Positions 18,232 to 28,578 of a stretch of 64,000 nucleotides of DNA are shown in pieces. A model generated the notes under the pieces. It worked only from the letters and a program-made list of their open reading frames with translations, searched no databases and was not told the origin of the DNA. Source of the DNA: an uncultured Acidobacteriota bacterium (GTDB taxonomy: Bacteria; Acidobacteriota; Thermoanaerobaculia; Thermoanaerobaculales; Sulfomarinibacteraceae); contig CAVPHA010000015.1 of the NCBI GenBank assembly GCA_963704125.1, forward strand, positions 34,587-98,586. Direction: 5' to 3'. Numbering within the stretch: the first letter of the stretch is position 1; the number at the start of each line of letters is the position of its first letter. The translations under genes were made by a program, and so were the position numbers.

Positions 18232-18304
18232 AAGCCGAGCGAAGAACCAAAAAACCGGCGCTCGAGCGCCACACGAGCCGGACAAGCCGGCAAGGAGGAT
18301 CAGA

Positions 18305-18778
18305 ATGACCGCCAAGAAGAAAGCCAAGAAGGTCCAGACCGAAATCGTCGAGAACGCCCACCAGATCTGGCTCGCCGGTCTCGGCGCCGTCGCCACCGCC
18401 CAGGAAGAGGGCGGCAAGCTCTTCAAGAGCCTCGTCGAGAAGGGCCAGGACTTCGAGAAGCTCGGCAAGGACAAGGTCGAGCAGGCCAAGGGCGCCGTCA
18501 GCGGCGTCAAGGTCGTGGCCGAGAGCTACTGGGAGACCTTCGAGCGCACCCTCGATGACAAGGTGACCGGCGTCATCCACCGCATGGGCGTTCCCACCAA
18601 GGACGAGATCGATACCCTCACCGAGCGGGTCGAGAACCTCACCGCGTCCATCGACAAGCTCCGCGCGAAGGAGACCCGCCAAACCGCGCACCCGCGCCAA
18701 GACCGCCGCGCAAGAAACCCGCCGCCAAGAAGGCCGCGACCGCCGACGAAGCCCGCCGCCGCGACGACTCCGAAGTAA
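18305..18778 (+). CDS. Phasin-family PHA granule-associated protein (PF05597-like)
   Basis: RBS AAGGAGG lies before ATG 18305. NAHQIWLAGLGAVATAQEEGGKLFKSLVEKG...VPTKDEIDTLTERVENLTASIDKL matches the phasin/PhaF N-domain. The Pro/Arg-rich tail may hide compensating frameshifts (another frame reads KKPAAKKAA). Confidence 0.75.
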   Translation: MTAKKKAKKVQTEIVENAHQIWLAGLGAVATAQEEGGKLFKSLVEKGQDFEKLGKDKVEQAKGAVSGVKVVAESYWETFERTLDDKVTGVIHRMGVPTKDEIDTLTERVENLTASIDKLRAKETRQTAHPRQDRRARNPPPRRPRPPTKPAAATTPK

Positions 18779-18812
18779 GTATCCGACCGATCGACGCATC
18801 GATCATCGATCA

Positions 18813-18840
18813 ACGGCGCCGCCCTGCGGCGCCGTTTTTC
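18813..18840 (+). terminator. Rho-independent terminator
   Basis: 10-bp GC stem ACGGCGCCGC / GCGGCGCCGT with a 3-nt loop, followed by TTTTTC. Lies 35 nt after the phasin stop. Confidence 0.85.
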
Positions 18841-18876
18841 GTTGCGCCTGATTCGCCACTTCGCTACTGTTGACGG

Positions 18877-19589
18877 ATGACAGGCACACGTTGCAATCGT
18901 CGAAGACGAGCAGAACATCCGCGAGAACGTCGGCTTCGCCCTCAAACGGGAGGGCTACCAGGTCGAGAGCTACGCCGACGGCCTCGCCGCCTGGGAGGCG
19001 TTCGAGACCAGCCTCCCCGATCTCGTGATCCTCGACATCATCATGCCCCGGATGGACGGACTCGAGCTGTGCCGGCGTCTGCGAACCCTGTCGCAGACGA
19101 TCCCCATCGTGTTCCTGACCTCGCGGGACGAGGAGTTCGACCGCGTTCTCGGTCTCGAGCTCGGCGCCGACGACTACCTGTGCAAGCCGTTTTCCATGCG
19201 GGAGCTCGTGGCCCGGGTCAAGGTGCTCTTCCGCCGGCTCTCGCTGCTCAACGACCGGAGCCCCGACCGACGAAGAGGAGCTTCTCACCATCGGCGATCT
19301 GGTCCTCGATCTGCGTCGCTACACGGCCCGTTGGGGCAACCAGACGGTCCCGTTGACGGTGACCGAGTTCATGATGCTCCACGCCCTGGTTCGGCGGCCC
19401 GGCCACGTCAAGACCCGGCAGCAGCTCATGGAACAGGGCTATCCGCACGACACCTATGTCTCGGATCGGACCATCGACTCGCACATCAAGCGCATCCGCA
19501 AGAAGTTCTCGAGCCTGGACGAGAGCTTCGACCAGATCGAGACCGTCTACGGTCTCGGCTATCGCTACACCGAGGTCCCCGAATCGTGA
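18877..19589 (+). CDS. OmpR/PhoB-family response regulator, about 2 frame interruptions
   Basis: ATG 18877, then a shift within about 15 nt. AIVEDEQNIRENV...DLVILDIIMPRMDGLELCRRL...LGADDYLCKPFSMRELVARV. The winged helix is in another frame: LTVTEFMMLHALVRRPGHV...VYGLGYRY. Confidence 0.85.
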
Positions 19590-19637
19590 TCGGCGGCCGC
19601 CTCTCGCGGCTCAGCCGCCTGACCTCCCCGGAGACAC

Positions 19638-21204
19638 GTGCCGATGGCATCGCTCCGCTGGCTCTCACGCATCTCGATCCGGCTGCTCGCGTTCAACGTG
19701 CTGGTGGTCTTTCTCCCCATGGCCGGAGTTCTCGTCCTCGACACCTACGAACGCCACCTTCTCGAGGCCCAGGAGCGAACCATGGCGCAGGAGGGCCGGC
19801 TGCTCGCCGCCGCCATCGAGGCGACGGGTCGATTCGAAGCCGCCGACGCCCAGGGCATTCTGGTCCAGCTCGGCCAACGCCACCTCGCCCGTCTGAGGGT
19901 CGTCGACCGCCAGGGCGAACTCTTCGCCGACTCAGCCAGCCTCGGACCGCGGCGCGATGAGACCCACCCCCCGAGCAGCCCGCGGCGCAACCCGTCCGAT
20001 GCCCCGTTTCTCTACCGCATCGGTTCCCTCCCCTTTCGCGACGCTGCGGCGACTCACCCAACCACCGGTCGACGATCCCGGCGACGCCTGGGAGCCCGCG
20101 AGCTTCCTCGACGCTCCCGAGGTCCGCGACGCCCTCGACGGTCGCTACGGCGCCACCACGAGGATCACTCCGGGGAGCCAGCGATCGGTCAGCCTCTACA
20201 TCGCGATCCCGGTTCGGATCGACGGCGTGGTCGAGGGGGCGGTGCTCGTCTCCCAGTCCACCGGGCGGATCCTCCAGGCTCTCTACTCGGTCCGTCTCGA
20301 TGTCTTCCGGGTCTTTCTCGGGAGCCTCTCGGTGGCGATGGTCCTGACCCTGCTCATGGCGACCACCATCGCCCGCCCTCTGGGCCGACTGCGCCGTCGA
20401 GCCGAGGCGATCCTCGACCGGCGCGGCCGCCTCCGCGGCAGTTTCGAACCGAGCCGGAGAACCGATGAGATCGGCGATCTCGAACGGGCGCTGGCCGAGC
20501 TCACGAGACGGCTGGAGGAGCACCTCCAGTTCACCGAGTCGTTCGCCGCCGATGTGTCGCACGAGTTCAAAAACCCCCTCGCGGCCATCCGATCGGCCAC
20601 CGAGATGGCCCTCGAGGTCGATGACCCCGGCGAACGGCGCCGCTTTCTGACCATGATCCAGCACGACGTCGCCCGCATGGAACGCCTGCTCACCGAGGCC
20701 CGCGAGATCTCACGGATCGACGCGCGGATCGACGAGGAGGACCTCGAATCGGTCTCTCTCGACAAGCTGCTCGAGGGCCTCGTCGAGGCCTTCCGCCTGC
20801 GCCGCGGCGGCCGCGGCCCCGAGTTCACCGTGGCTCTCGCCGATCGCGAGGTCGAGGTCATCGCCTCGGCCGACCGGCTGACCCAGGTCTTCGAGAACCT
20901 CCTCGCCAACGCGGTGAGCTTCTCGCCCGCCGACGGCACCGTCACCATCACCCTCCGCGTCGAAGACGAGCAGGCGGTCGTGACCATCGCCGACGAGGGC
21001 CCCGGGATCCCCGAAGAGCACTTCGAGCGGATCTTCAGCCGCTTCTTCTCCTACCGGCCGGACCATCCGGACGACGGCGGCCACTCGGGCCTCGGGCTGT
21101 CCATCGTCCGGGCGGTGGTCGAGGCCTATCACGGCACCGTCACCGCCGGCGCCCGCTCGGGCGGCGGCGCCAAGATGACGGTGAGGCTGCCGCTGGCCGA
21201 GTGA
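19638..21204 (+). CDS. Sensor histidine kinase (TM-sensor-HAMP-HisKA-HATPase), at least 1 frame interruption
   Basis: SLRWLSRISIRLLAFNVLVVFLPMAG TM segment; H-box SHEFKNPLAAI; N-box FENLLANAVSF; DEGPGIP; GLGLSIV. The start may lie at GTG 19586, overlapping the regulator stop. Frame switch near 20040. Confidence 0.85.
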
Positions 21205-21230
21205 GTTCATCCCGGAAGGATGCGCGGGAC

Positions 21231-22463
21231 CTACGCGACGCACATCTCCTGGCCATGCTCATCGCGGCACCGGGGGCACCCATCGACGACCCCGGCAAGC
21301 CTCCGGATGCCCTCGGCGATGCGGTCCTCGGGCATGGCCGAGAAGTTCAGCCGCATGGTGTTCTCGTGACCCCCGTCGGTGAAGAACGCACCCCCCGGGA
21401 CAAAGGCGACGTTCTCGTCCAGGCTGCGCTCGAGGACCTCGCGGGCATCGAGATGCGCCGGCAGCTCGACCCAGAGAAAGAGGCCTCCGGCCGGCCGGGT
21501 GTAGCTGACTCCCGGCGGCATGTGGGTGTCGAGGGCCGCCAACATCGCGTCGCGCCGCCTCCGGTAGACCTCCCGATGCCCGGCGATGTGACCCTCGAGA
21601 TCACACTCGAGAATGAAGCGCGCCGCCAGGAGCTGGGTGAGCCTCGAGGTGTGCAGGTCGACGCCCTGCTTGACCAGAACATAGCGTTGCAGGATCTCGC
21701 GGTCGGCGGCCACCCACCCGAGCCGCAGACCCGGCGACAGGATCTTGGAAAAGGTCCCGAGGAAGACCACCAGCCCCGCAGTGTCGAAGGAGGCGACCGG
21801 CGGCAGCGCATCGCCCTCGAAGCAGAGTTCCGCGTACGGCGCGTCCTCGATCACCGGCACCCCGAAACGGGTGGCGATCTCCACCAGGGCTCGCCGCCGA
21901 TCCACCGACCAGCGGCGGCCGGTCGGGTTCTGGAAATCGGGCACCACATAGATCAGCTTGGCCCGATCGGGTCCATCGAGGCGGCGCTCGAGCTCAGCCG
22001 GCACCATGCCGTCGTCATCGGTCGGAACCTCGACGAACCGCGGCTGGTAGGCGCGGAGAGCGTTGATGGCTCCGAGATACGTGGGGCTCTCGCAGAGCAC
22101 CACGTCGCCCTCGTCGACGAAGATCTTCCCGGTGAGATCGAGGGCCTGCTGCGAGCCGCTGACGACGAGCACCTCGTCGGCGGTGCGCTCGAGACCGAAG
22201 CGGTCCCCCAGCCGGTCGGCGATCAGCTCTCGCAGCACCACCATCCCCTCGGTCGGCGCGTACTGCAGGGCCTCGCGCCGTCGTCGAGGAGGAGGTCGCG
22301 GGCGAACTCGGCCATCTCAGCCGCCGGAAACAGCTCCGAGCGCCGGCAGCCCGCCGGCGAATGAGATCACCTCGGGGTGCTGGGTGATCTTGAGGATCTC
22401 GCGGATGTCCGAGGTTCGCAGCTCGCTCATGCGGTCGGCAAAAGCGGTGGTCTGCAGGTTCAT
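21231..22463 (-). CDS. PLP-dependent aminotransferase, class I/II fold (LysN/MocR-effector-like), 2 compensating frame interruptions
   Basis: ATG 22463: MNLQTTAFADRMSELRTSDIREILKITQHPEVISFAGGLPA. A short out-of-frame stretch follows, then ORF 21231-22244 with SGSQQALDL, NPTG and FSKILSPGLRLGW (PLP lysine). Confidence 0.8.
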
Positions 22464-24038
22464 TTCATTCTCCTCGAGGGATCACACGACGGGCGCGGTC
22501 GATGCGCCTTCGATCGTTGAGCCGGGGCGCCGTCGGCTGCCGTCTCGCGCACCGCATCGAGCAGCCGCTCGATCCCGACATCGATGTACGTCTTCGGCGC
22601 AGTGGGTGAAGTTGAGCCGGATCGCGTTCTCGGGCGGCTCGGCCGCGAAGCAGGCCCGACCCGGCAGGAAGGTCACGCCGCGGTCGCCGGCGCCGGCCAT
22701 CAGCGCCGACTGGTCGACGCCGTCCGGGATGCCGCACCAGATGTAGAAGCCGCCGTCGGGCACGCGGATGTCGAGCGACAGACTCGGATTCGCCCGCTCG
22801 AGCGCCGCCGCCATCATGTCCCGACGCCGCCGGTACGCGCGCTTGAGTCGGTCGATGTGGGTCGCCAGATGCGCCGTCGCGGACGAATCGTTCGAGCAGG
22901 AACTGCCCGAAGCTGTTGCTGTGGAGATCCGCGCCCTGCTTGGCCAGGACCAGCTGGCGCAGCACCACCGGCGGCGCCACCATGTAGCCGATCCGCAGAC
23001 CGGGCAACAGCACCTTGGAAAAGGTGCTGAGATAGATGACGAGGTCGTCTTCGTCGAGGGCCTTGAGCGACGGCAGCGGGTCGCCCTCGTAGCGCAGCTC
23101 CGAGTACGGGTCGTCTTCGACGACCGGGACCTGCCAGCGCGCCGCGAGCTCGAGCAGGTGGCGGCGGCGCTCGAGGCTCATCACGGCGCCGGAGGGGTTC
23201 TGGAAGGTCGGCAGGGTGTAGATGAACTTCGGCCGGTGGTGCTCGAGCACGGAGGCGAGAATGTCGGTCCGCATGCCGTGGGCGTCGACGGGCACGCCGA
23301 TCAGCCGCGCCTGCGCGCTGCGGAAGGTCTGCAGAGCGCCGATGTAGGAGGGCTCCTCGACCACCACCACGTCGCCGGGATCGAGAAAGTCCTCGCCAGG
23401 AGATCGAGCCCCTGCTGCGATCCGGAGACCACCAGCACCTCCGAGGTCCTGGCGTGGATCCCGCGGGACGCCAACCACCGGGCGAGGGTGTCGCGCAGCG
23501 GCGTGTGACCCTCGGTCGGACAGTGCAGGAGAGACGGCGGACCGGCGTTGCGGAGGATCTCATCGGTGAGCCGGCCACGATGATCGACCGGCAGCAGCTC
23601 CGGCGCCGGCAGGCCGATGGAGAAGGAGATCATGTCGCGGCGCTCGGTCATGGCGAGGAGATCGGCGAGGATCGGATCCCGGGAGCGGGCCGCGCCGCCG
23701 CGGAAGAGCTGACGCCACGGCACGTCGGTCGCCGCTCCCGGTCGCGCGGGGGCCGCCGGGGGCCGGAGAACGGCGGTTCCGCGCCCGACATGGGCGTCCA
23801 CCAGCCCGAGCGCCTTGAGTTCCCGGTAGGCGTTGAGCACGGTGGACCGGTTGACATCGAGCGCCGCCGCCAACCGTCGTTCCGGCGGCAGCCGAAGCCC
23901 TCGGGCAACGCCCCGCGTGTGAATCATCGCCTGGATGCCGCGCACCAGCTGACGGTAGATCGGCTCGTCACTGCCGCGGTCGATGGTGATGTCCAAGAAG
24001 ACCTCCTCGTCAGGCTTGATCCGCGGTCCGGCGGTCAT
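22460..24038 (-). CDS. MocR-type regulator (GntR wHTH + aminotransferase-like domain), about 4 frame interruptions in the C-terminal half
   Basis: From ATG 24038: ITIDRGSDEPIYRQLVRGIQAMI...LPPERRLAAALDVNRSTVLNAYRELKALGLV (GntR HTH). Then SGSQQGLDL, NPSGAVMS and FSKVLLPGLRIGY in other frames. The TGA overlaps the downstream ATG (ATGA). Confidence 0.8.
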
Positions 24039-24473
24039 GCGCAGCCCTGTAGGATCGGCGGTTCGATGTCGCGGGGACGTCCGGGCAGTGTCGACTTCGC
24101 ATCCCACGGCCCGCCAACAGCAGCCGCTCTCCCATTGCTCGAGGCCCGGCGCTAGATGTACCCCGTTACAGCGGTTGATGCGGGCGATCCCCTGGGCAAA
24201 ACGAACCAGGCGCATGCCGATACCCCGATCGTCGAAATCGGGATCCACCTCGAGCACCCGGATGGTGGCACACCTCAGACGGCCGTCGACGGCCCAACTC
24301 AGTTCGAGACCTAGGATCGCGCGCACCAGGCCCCCATCCAAAGCGGCCAGCATCCGGCCTCGCGGGTGATCCGGCAGTTCGGCAAGGCGGGCGGAGACCG
24401 CGGCCCACCACGGCTCAGGCGATCCGGAGACCCGCGAGAAGAGTTTGCTGCGATCGATTTGGTTGATGTGCAT
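24039..24473 (-). CDS. GNAT-like acetyltransferase domain, in frame with (apparently fused to) the MocR regulator
   Basis: MHINQIDRSK... ATIRVLEVDPDFDDRGIGMRLVRFAQGIAR resembles GNAT motif A (R-G-x-G). There is no stop between it and MTAGPRIK at 24038 within the intact ORF 23301-24500. Confidence 0.5.
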
Positions 24474-24540
24474 CGCCTCGACCTCCTTGATTGGAACCAT
24501 CCATTCATCAAGATATGGCCGAAATTTCTGGAGTCAACCA

Positions 24541-24592
24541 CCAATATCGGTGGATTTGACCCAACCAATATCTGAATTGTCTCCACCAATGT
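24541..24592. promoter_or_regulatory. Three direct repeats (C/A)ACCAAT(A/G)T spaced 24 and 21 bp, upstream of the GNAT-MocR operon
   Basis: CCAATAT at 24541 and 24565, CCAATGT at 24586, all read directly. They lie 40-120 nt upstream of the minus-strand start at 24473/24500. Confidence 0.4.
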
Positions 24593-24723
24593 CGTTCGCT
24601 GCGGAGTACGGCGCCCATCCGGCATCGACACAACTCGGACCTCCGGTGCTACCATGCCCGGGAGAGAGAGCGGTTCGAGACGGGTTGCGCTGATGGACGG
24701 TCGAAAACACGGAGGATGAAACA

Positions 24724-25146
24724 ATGAAGCGGAAGATTTTGGTGGTCGTTGTGGCAGGGTTGCTGCTGAGCGTGACCGGGGCATGGGCCCAGGAAAGCAT
24801 CATCGACGATGTGGTGGCGGGCTGCGACACCGAGATCGCAACCTACTGCAGCCAGGTGACGCCGGGCGAGGGCCGTATGCTGGCCTGCTTCTACGCGCAC
24901 GGGGACAAGCTCTCCGCGCAGTGTGAGTACGCCCTGTACCTTGGGGCCGCACAGCTCGAGGTGTTCGCCGACGCCGTCATCCTCGTCGCGGAGGCGTGTC
25001 ACGACGACCTGCTGGCGTTCTGTGGCGATGTCGAGCTCGGCGAAGGCCGGGTTGCGACCTGCCTGCTGGAGAACAAGGCCGAGGTCCAGGATGCCTGCCG
25101 TCAGGCGATGGACGAGGTCGGACTCGAGTTCGTCGAAGAAGACTGA
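24724..25146 (+). CDS. Secreted cysteine-rich repeat protein (two Cys-rich repeats)
   Basis: Signal peptide MKRKILVVVVAGLLLSVTGAWA. Two units of the form C-x(6-7)-C-x4-PGEGR-x3-C-x(13)-C (CDTEIATYCSQVTPGEGRMLAC...C and CHDDLLAFCGDVELGEGRVATCL...C). Confidence 0.7.
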   Translation: MKRKILVVVVAGLLLSVTGAWAQESIIDDVVAGCDTEIATYCSQVTPGEGRMLACFYAHGDKLSAQCEYALYLGAAQLEVFADAVILVAEACHDDLLAFCGDVELGEGRVATCLLENKAEVQDACRQAMDEVGLEFVEED

Positions 25147-25171
25147 CCCCGTCGACGGGTCGTGCGGGCGT

Positions 25172-25205
25172 GATCGAGAAGCCGAGCCGCCTCGGCTTCT
25201 CGATC
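25172..25205 (+). terminator. 15-bp hairpin after the Cys-rich gene (terminator-like, no T-tract)
   Basis: GATCGAGAAGCCGAG-ccgc-CTCGGCTTCTCGATC, a perfect stem 26 nt after the stop. It lacks a U-run, so its function is uncertain. Confidence 0.45.
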
Positions 25206-25265
25206 CCGGCAGAGGAACCGGCAGCGGTTCCTTTGCTTTGGTAGCTGGGGGCTTACCCTCGTCGA

Positions 25266-25433
25266 TCAGCCTGCGCCGTGGAAGAACCGGGAAAGGCCGT
25301 CGAGGCCGAACTGGACCCCCATAGCCATCACGATCAGCCCCATGAAGGCCTGGACGGTTGAGTTCAGGAACCCTCCCGCCCCTCCACCGTTGTTCTTGCC
25401 TGCGGGCAGCGCGATCAACACCAACCAGGTCAT
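25266..25433 (-). pseudogene. C-terminal remnant of a MarC-family (UPF0056) membrane protein
   Basis: 55-codon ORF MTWLVLIALPAGKNNGGGAGGFLNSTVQAFMGLIVMAMGVQFGLDGLSRFFHGAG resembles the last helix of MarC-family proteins. No N-terminal 150 aa are recognisable upstream. Confidence 0.35.
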
Positions 25434-25684
25434 CACGGTGGCAATGGCTTGCAGGTGGAACTCTTCATCTTCCCCTCGCTTCAGTCGCGCGAATTCTAAC
25501 CGAAACCCCCGGTATACGTTGCCGACGGGAAAACCCCGATGTCAGCGATGATACCTGGTCGCGATATTTTCCGCGTTTCTCTATAGGACCGACTCGGATT
25601 GCCGCGCAGCCGGGTCGATCCCGACGACGGTCCGGATCATTTCCCGAGCCGTCGCCGGTCCGTCATTTGACAGGAGGAAACACC

Positions 25685-28478
25685 ATGCCCGATCGATTTC
25701 ATGCTGTCGCCTGACCTCATCAGAATCCACTTCTCCGGCCCGCCTGCTGCGCTGTACCGCAGCGGCGGTCGCGGCTGCCGCACTGCTGGTCGGAGCGTCG
25801 CAGCCGGTATTCGCCAGCTCGCCCCTCGACCAACCAGTTCCAGGTCAACACCGTCACCGGGAGCTATCAGGAGTGGCCCGCCGTCGCGACCGACGCGGCC
25901 GGCAACTTCGTCGTCGTCTGGGAGAGCTAGGCCTCCGAGCGGCATCCGACGACTACGGCACCTCGGTCCAGGGCCGGCGGCTCAACGCGAACGGCGTCGC
26001 CGCCGGACCCGACTTCCAGGTCAACACCTCGACCATCTACAACCAGAAGGCGCCCGCGGTGGCGATGAACTCGAGCGGCGCGTTCGTCGTGGTCTGGGAG
26101 AGCAACCACAACGGGTCGAACTTCGACATCATGGCCCAGCGCTACAACGCCGCCGGCGCCAGGGTCGGGTCCGAGATCCTCGTCAACAGCGAGTTCACCG
26201 CCGGCGATCAGTTGTCCCCGACGGTGGCGATGGCCGACAACGGCGACTTCGTCGTCGTCTGGCGCAGCGCCGGCGGCGCCGGCGGGGACCCCGACATCAG
26301 CATTCAGGGCCGCCGGTGGAGAGCATCCGACGGCAGCTTCTTCGACCAGTTCCTGGTCAATGACGTCACCACCGGCGACCAGGATGAACCGACCATCGCG
26401 ACCAACGGCAAGGGCCGATACCTCGTCGCCTGGCAGTACCCCGGAACGAGCAGCTTCATCGCCGTTCGCACCTTCACGGTCGACAATCTGCGCGCTGAAG
26501 GACTGACCGCCACCGCCCCGCAGCAGCGAGCCAACACCCACCCGTCGGGACCGGACAGCAACCTCTCGGTGGCCATGGCGTCGGACGGTCGCGCCATCGT
26601 CGGCTGGGAGACCTTCGGCGCCACCTTCGGCAACGACAACCAGCGGATCTCGATCCAGGCCCGCCGCCTCGATCCCACCGGCGCCTTCATCGACGGCAAC
26701 GACGTCCAGATCAACACCTATATTCCCTCCGACCAGCGCTACCCCTCGGTGGCCATCGCCGCGAACGGCATCTCGGCGGTCGCCTGGCAGAGCTATGGCT
26801 CGCCCGGGAACGACAACTCCGACTACAGCATCCAGTTCAGGGCGTTCGACCCGGACGGGGTCGCCCTCGACCCGGTCGAGGTCCAGGCCAACACCTACAC
26901 CAACAGCGATCAGCTCTTCCCGGCGGCGGTGCTCGCCCCGAACGGGAAGCTGCTCGTGACCTGGGAGAGCAACGGCAGCCCCGGCAACGACAACGACGGC
27001 TTCAGCATCCAGGGACGGCTCTTCCGGGTCTTCACTCCGCCCAGCGATGCGGTGGCCATCCCGGCGGTGGCCCGGGTGGCGGGGAGCGGCGCGTTCTTCA
27101 CGTCGCGCGTCGCCCTGTTCCACACCGGCGCCGGAGACCGGAAGGTCGTCGTCACCTACTTCCCGCGCGCCGATATCGGCGGCCCGACCCGCACCGCGAT
27201 CGGTGCCCCTGCCGGCGAACACCCAGCTCGCGGTCGCCGACCCGCTCGCGGCCTGGTTCGGTTTCAGCGGCGGCGACACCGGCGTCGGCAGCCTCCTGTT
27301 CGAGCTCACGGACACGAACGGCCAGCCGAGCAGCGACATCCTCCTCGCCCAGAGCATCGTCTTCGCCCGCAAGACCGACGGCAGCGAGTTCGGCCAGTTC
27401 TTCCCGGCGATGCGCGAGTCGGACGCCCTGGTGGCCGGACAGATCGGCTATCTGGCGAGCACCGTCAACGCCCAGGTCTACCGGGTCAACGTGGGTCTGA
27501 TGGCCCTGGCCGACGGCACCCGGGTCAAGGTGACTCCGCAGGACAAGATCGGCACGCCGCTGGCGACCGGCCAGATCTTCGACCTCGACCGGGGCGGCAA
27601 TCGTCAGCTGAACAACATCTTCAACGTCTTCCAGCTGACCCCGCGCGACAACATCGTGATCGCGGTCGAGGTGATGTCGGGTTCGGTGCTGACCTACGGC
27701 AGCATCCTCGACGGCAACCTCGTCTACACCGGGACCAGCGACCCGACCACCATCCTCCCGGTCACCGGCGGCGCGCCCGCAGGTGACCCTGCTCGAGCTC
27801 GGACCGATCCAGGGGCTCAACGAGTTCAGCGGCTCCGCCAGCGTCACCAACCACAGCGCGGGGCAGGCAATCGGTCCGGGCCGACTTCTTCGCCCGCGGA
27901 ACCCCCGGCGTCAAGGCCAGCGCCACCTTCACCATCCCCGGCGGCACGACCGTCGGCTACGAGGACATCATCGGCGGGCTCTTCGGGCTCCAGGGGGTCG
28001 GGACGCTTCGCCTGACCGCCGAGAACGGCACCCTGATCAGCGCCGTCGGCCGCGAGTTCGCGCATCTATCGCGACACCCAGGGCACCGTCAACGGAACCG
28101 CCGGCCAGGCGATTCCCGGCATGCTGCCGCGCCGAGCGGCTCGAGGCCGGCTCCCGGTACCACCTGCTCGGCCTGCGCGAGGTCGACAACCCGGGCGGCA
28201 GGGAGCGGAGCCACATCGCGGCCTTCAACCCGGGCGCCGCCGCCGTGACCCTCACCGTGGAGGTCTTCGACGGCGCCACCGGCGTCTCCGAGGGTTCGAC
28301 CCAGCTCATCGTTCGCGGCGGCGAGCTGATCCAGACCAACAGCATCATCGCGGTCGTCAACCCCGGCCAGAACGGCCAGCTCAAACGGCTCGAGGTGAGG
28401 GCGACCGGACCGCTCTACGTCAGGGCGTTCCGGGTCAACAAGGATGGCGACCCGATCACCATCCCGCCGCAGCGATAG
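25685..28478 (+). CDS. Large secreted repeat protein: 7 FQVNT...VVVWES-type repeats plus two C-terminal beta-rich modules; about 9 frame interruptions
   Basis: RBS AGGAGGA lies before ATG 25685. Signal-like RLLRCTAAAVAAAALLVGASQPVFA is in a second frame. Repeats include FQVNTVTGSYQEWPAVATDAAGNFVVVWES, FQVNTSTIYNQKAPAVAMNSSGAFVVVWES, VQINTYIPSDQRYPSVAIAANG and VQANTYTNSDQLFPAAV. The tail ends ...RAFRVNKDGDPITIPPQR. Confidence 0.65.
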
Positions 28479-28578
28479 CGAGGGAGCGCGGGCGCGTCCG
28501 AGTGCGGCGCGCGCCCTCATCTCGGGACCGACCGAGGACGGCGGGCAGCATCGGGCGGTGTGCCGGAGCTCGAGACGA

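Noticed and set aside
25927-27372. 481-aa minus-strand ORF
   Set aside because: It is antisense to the repeat exoprotein. Its apparent internal repetitiveness simply mirrors the sense-strand repeats.
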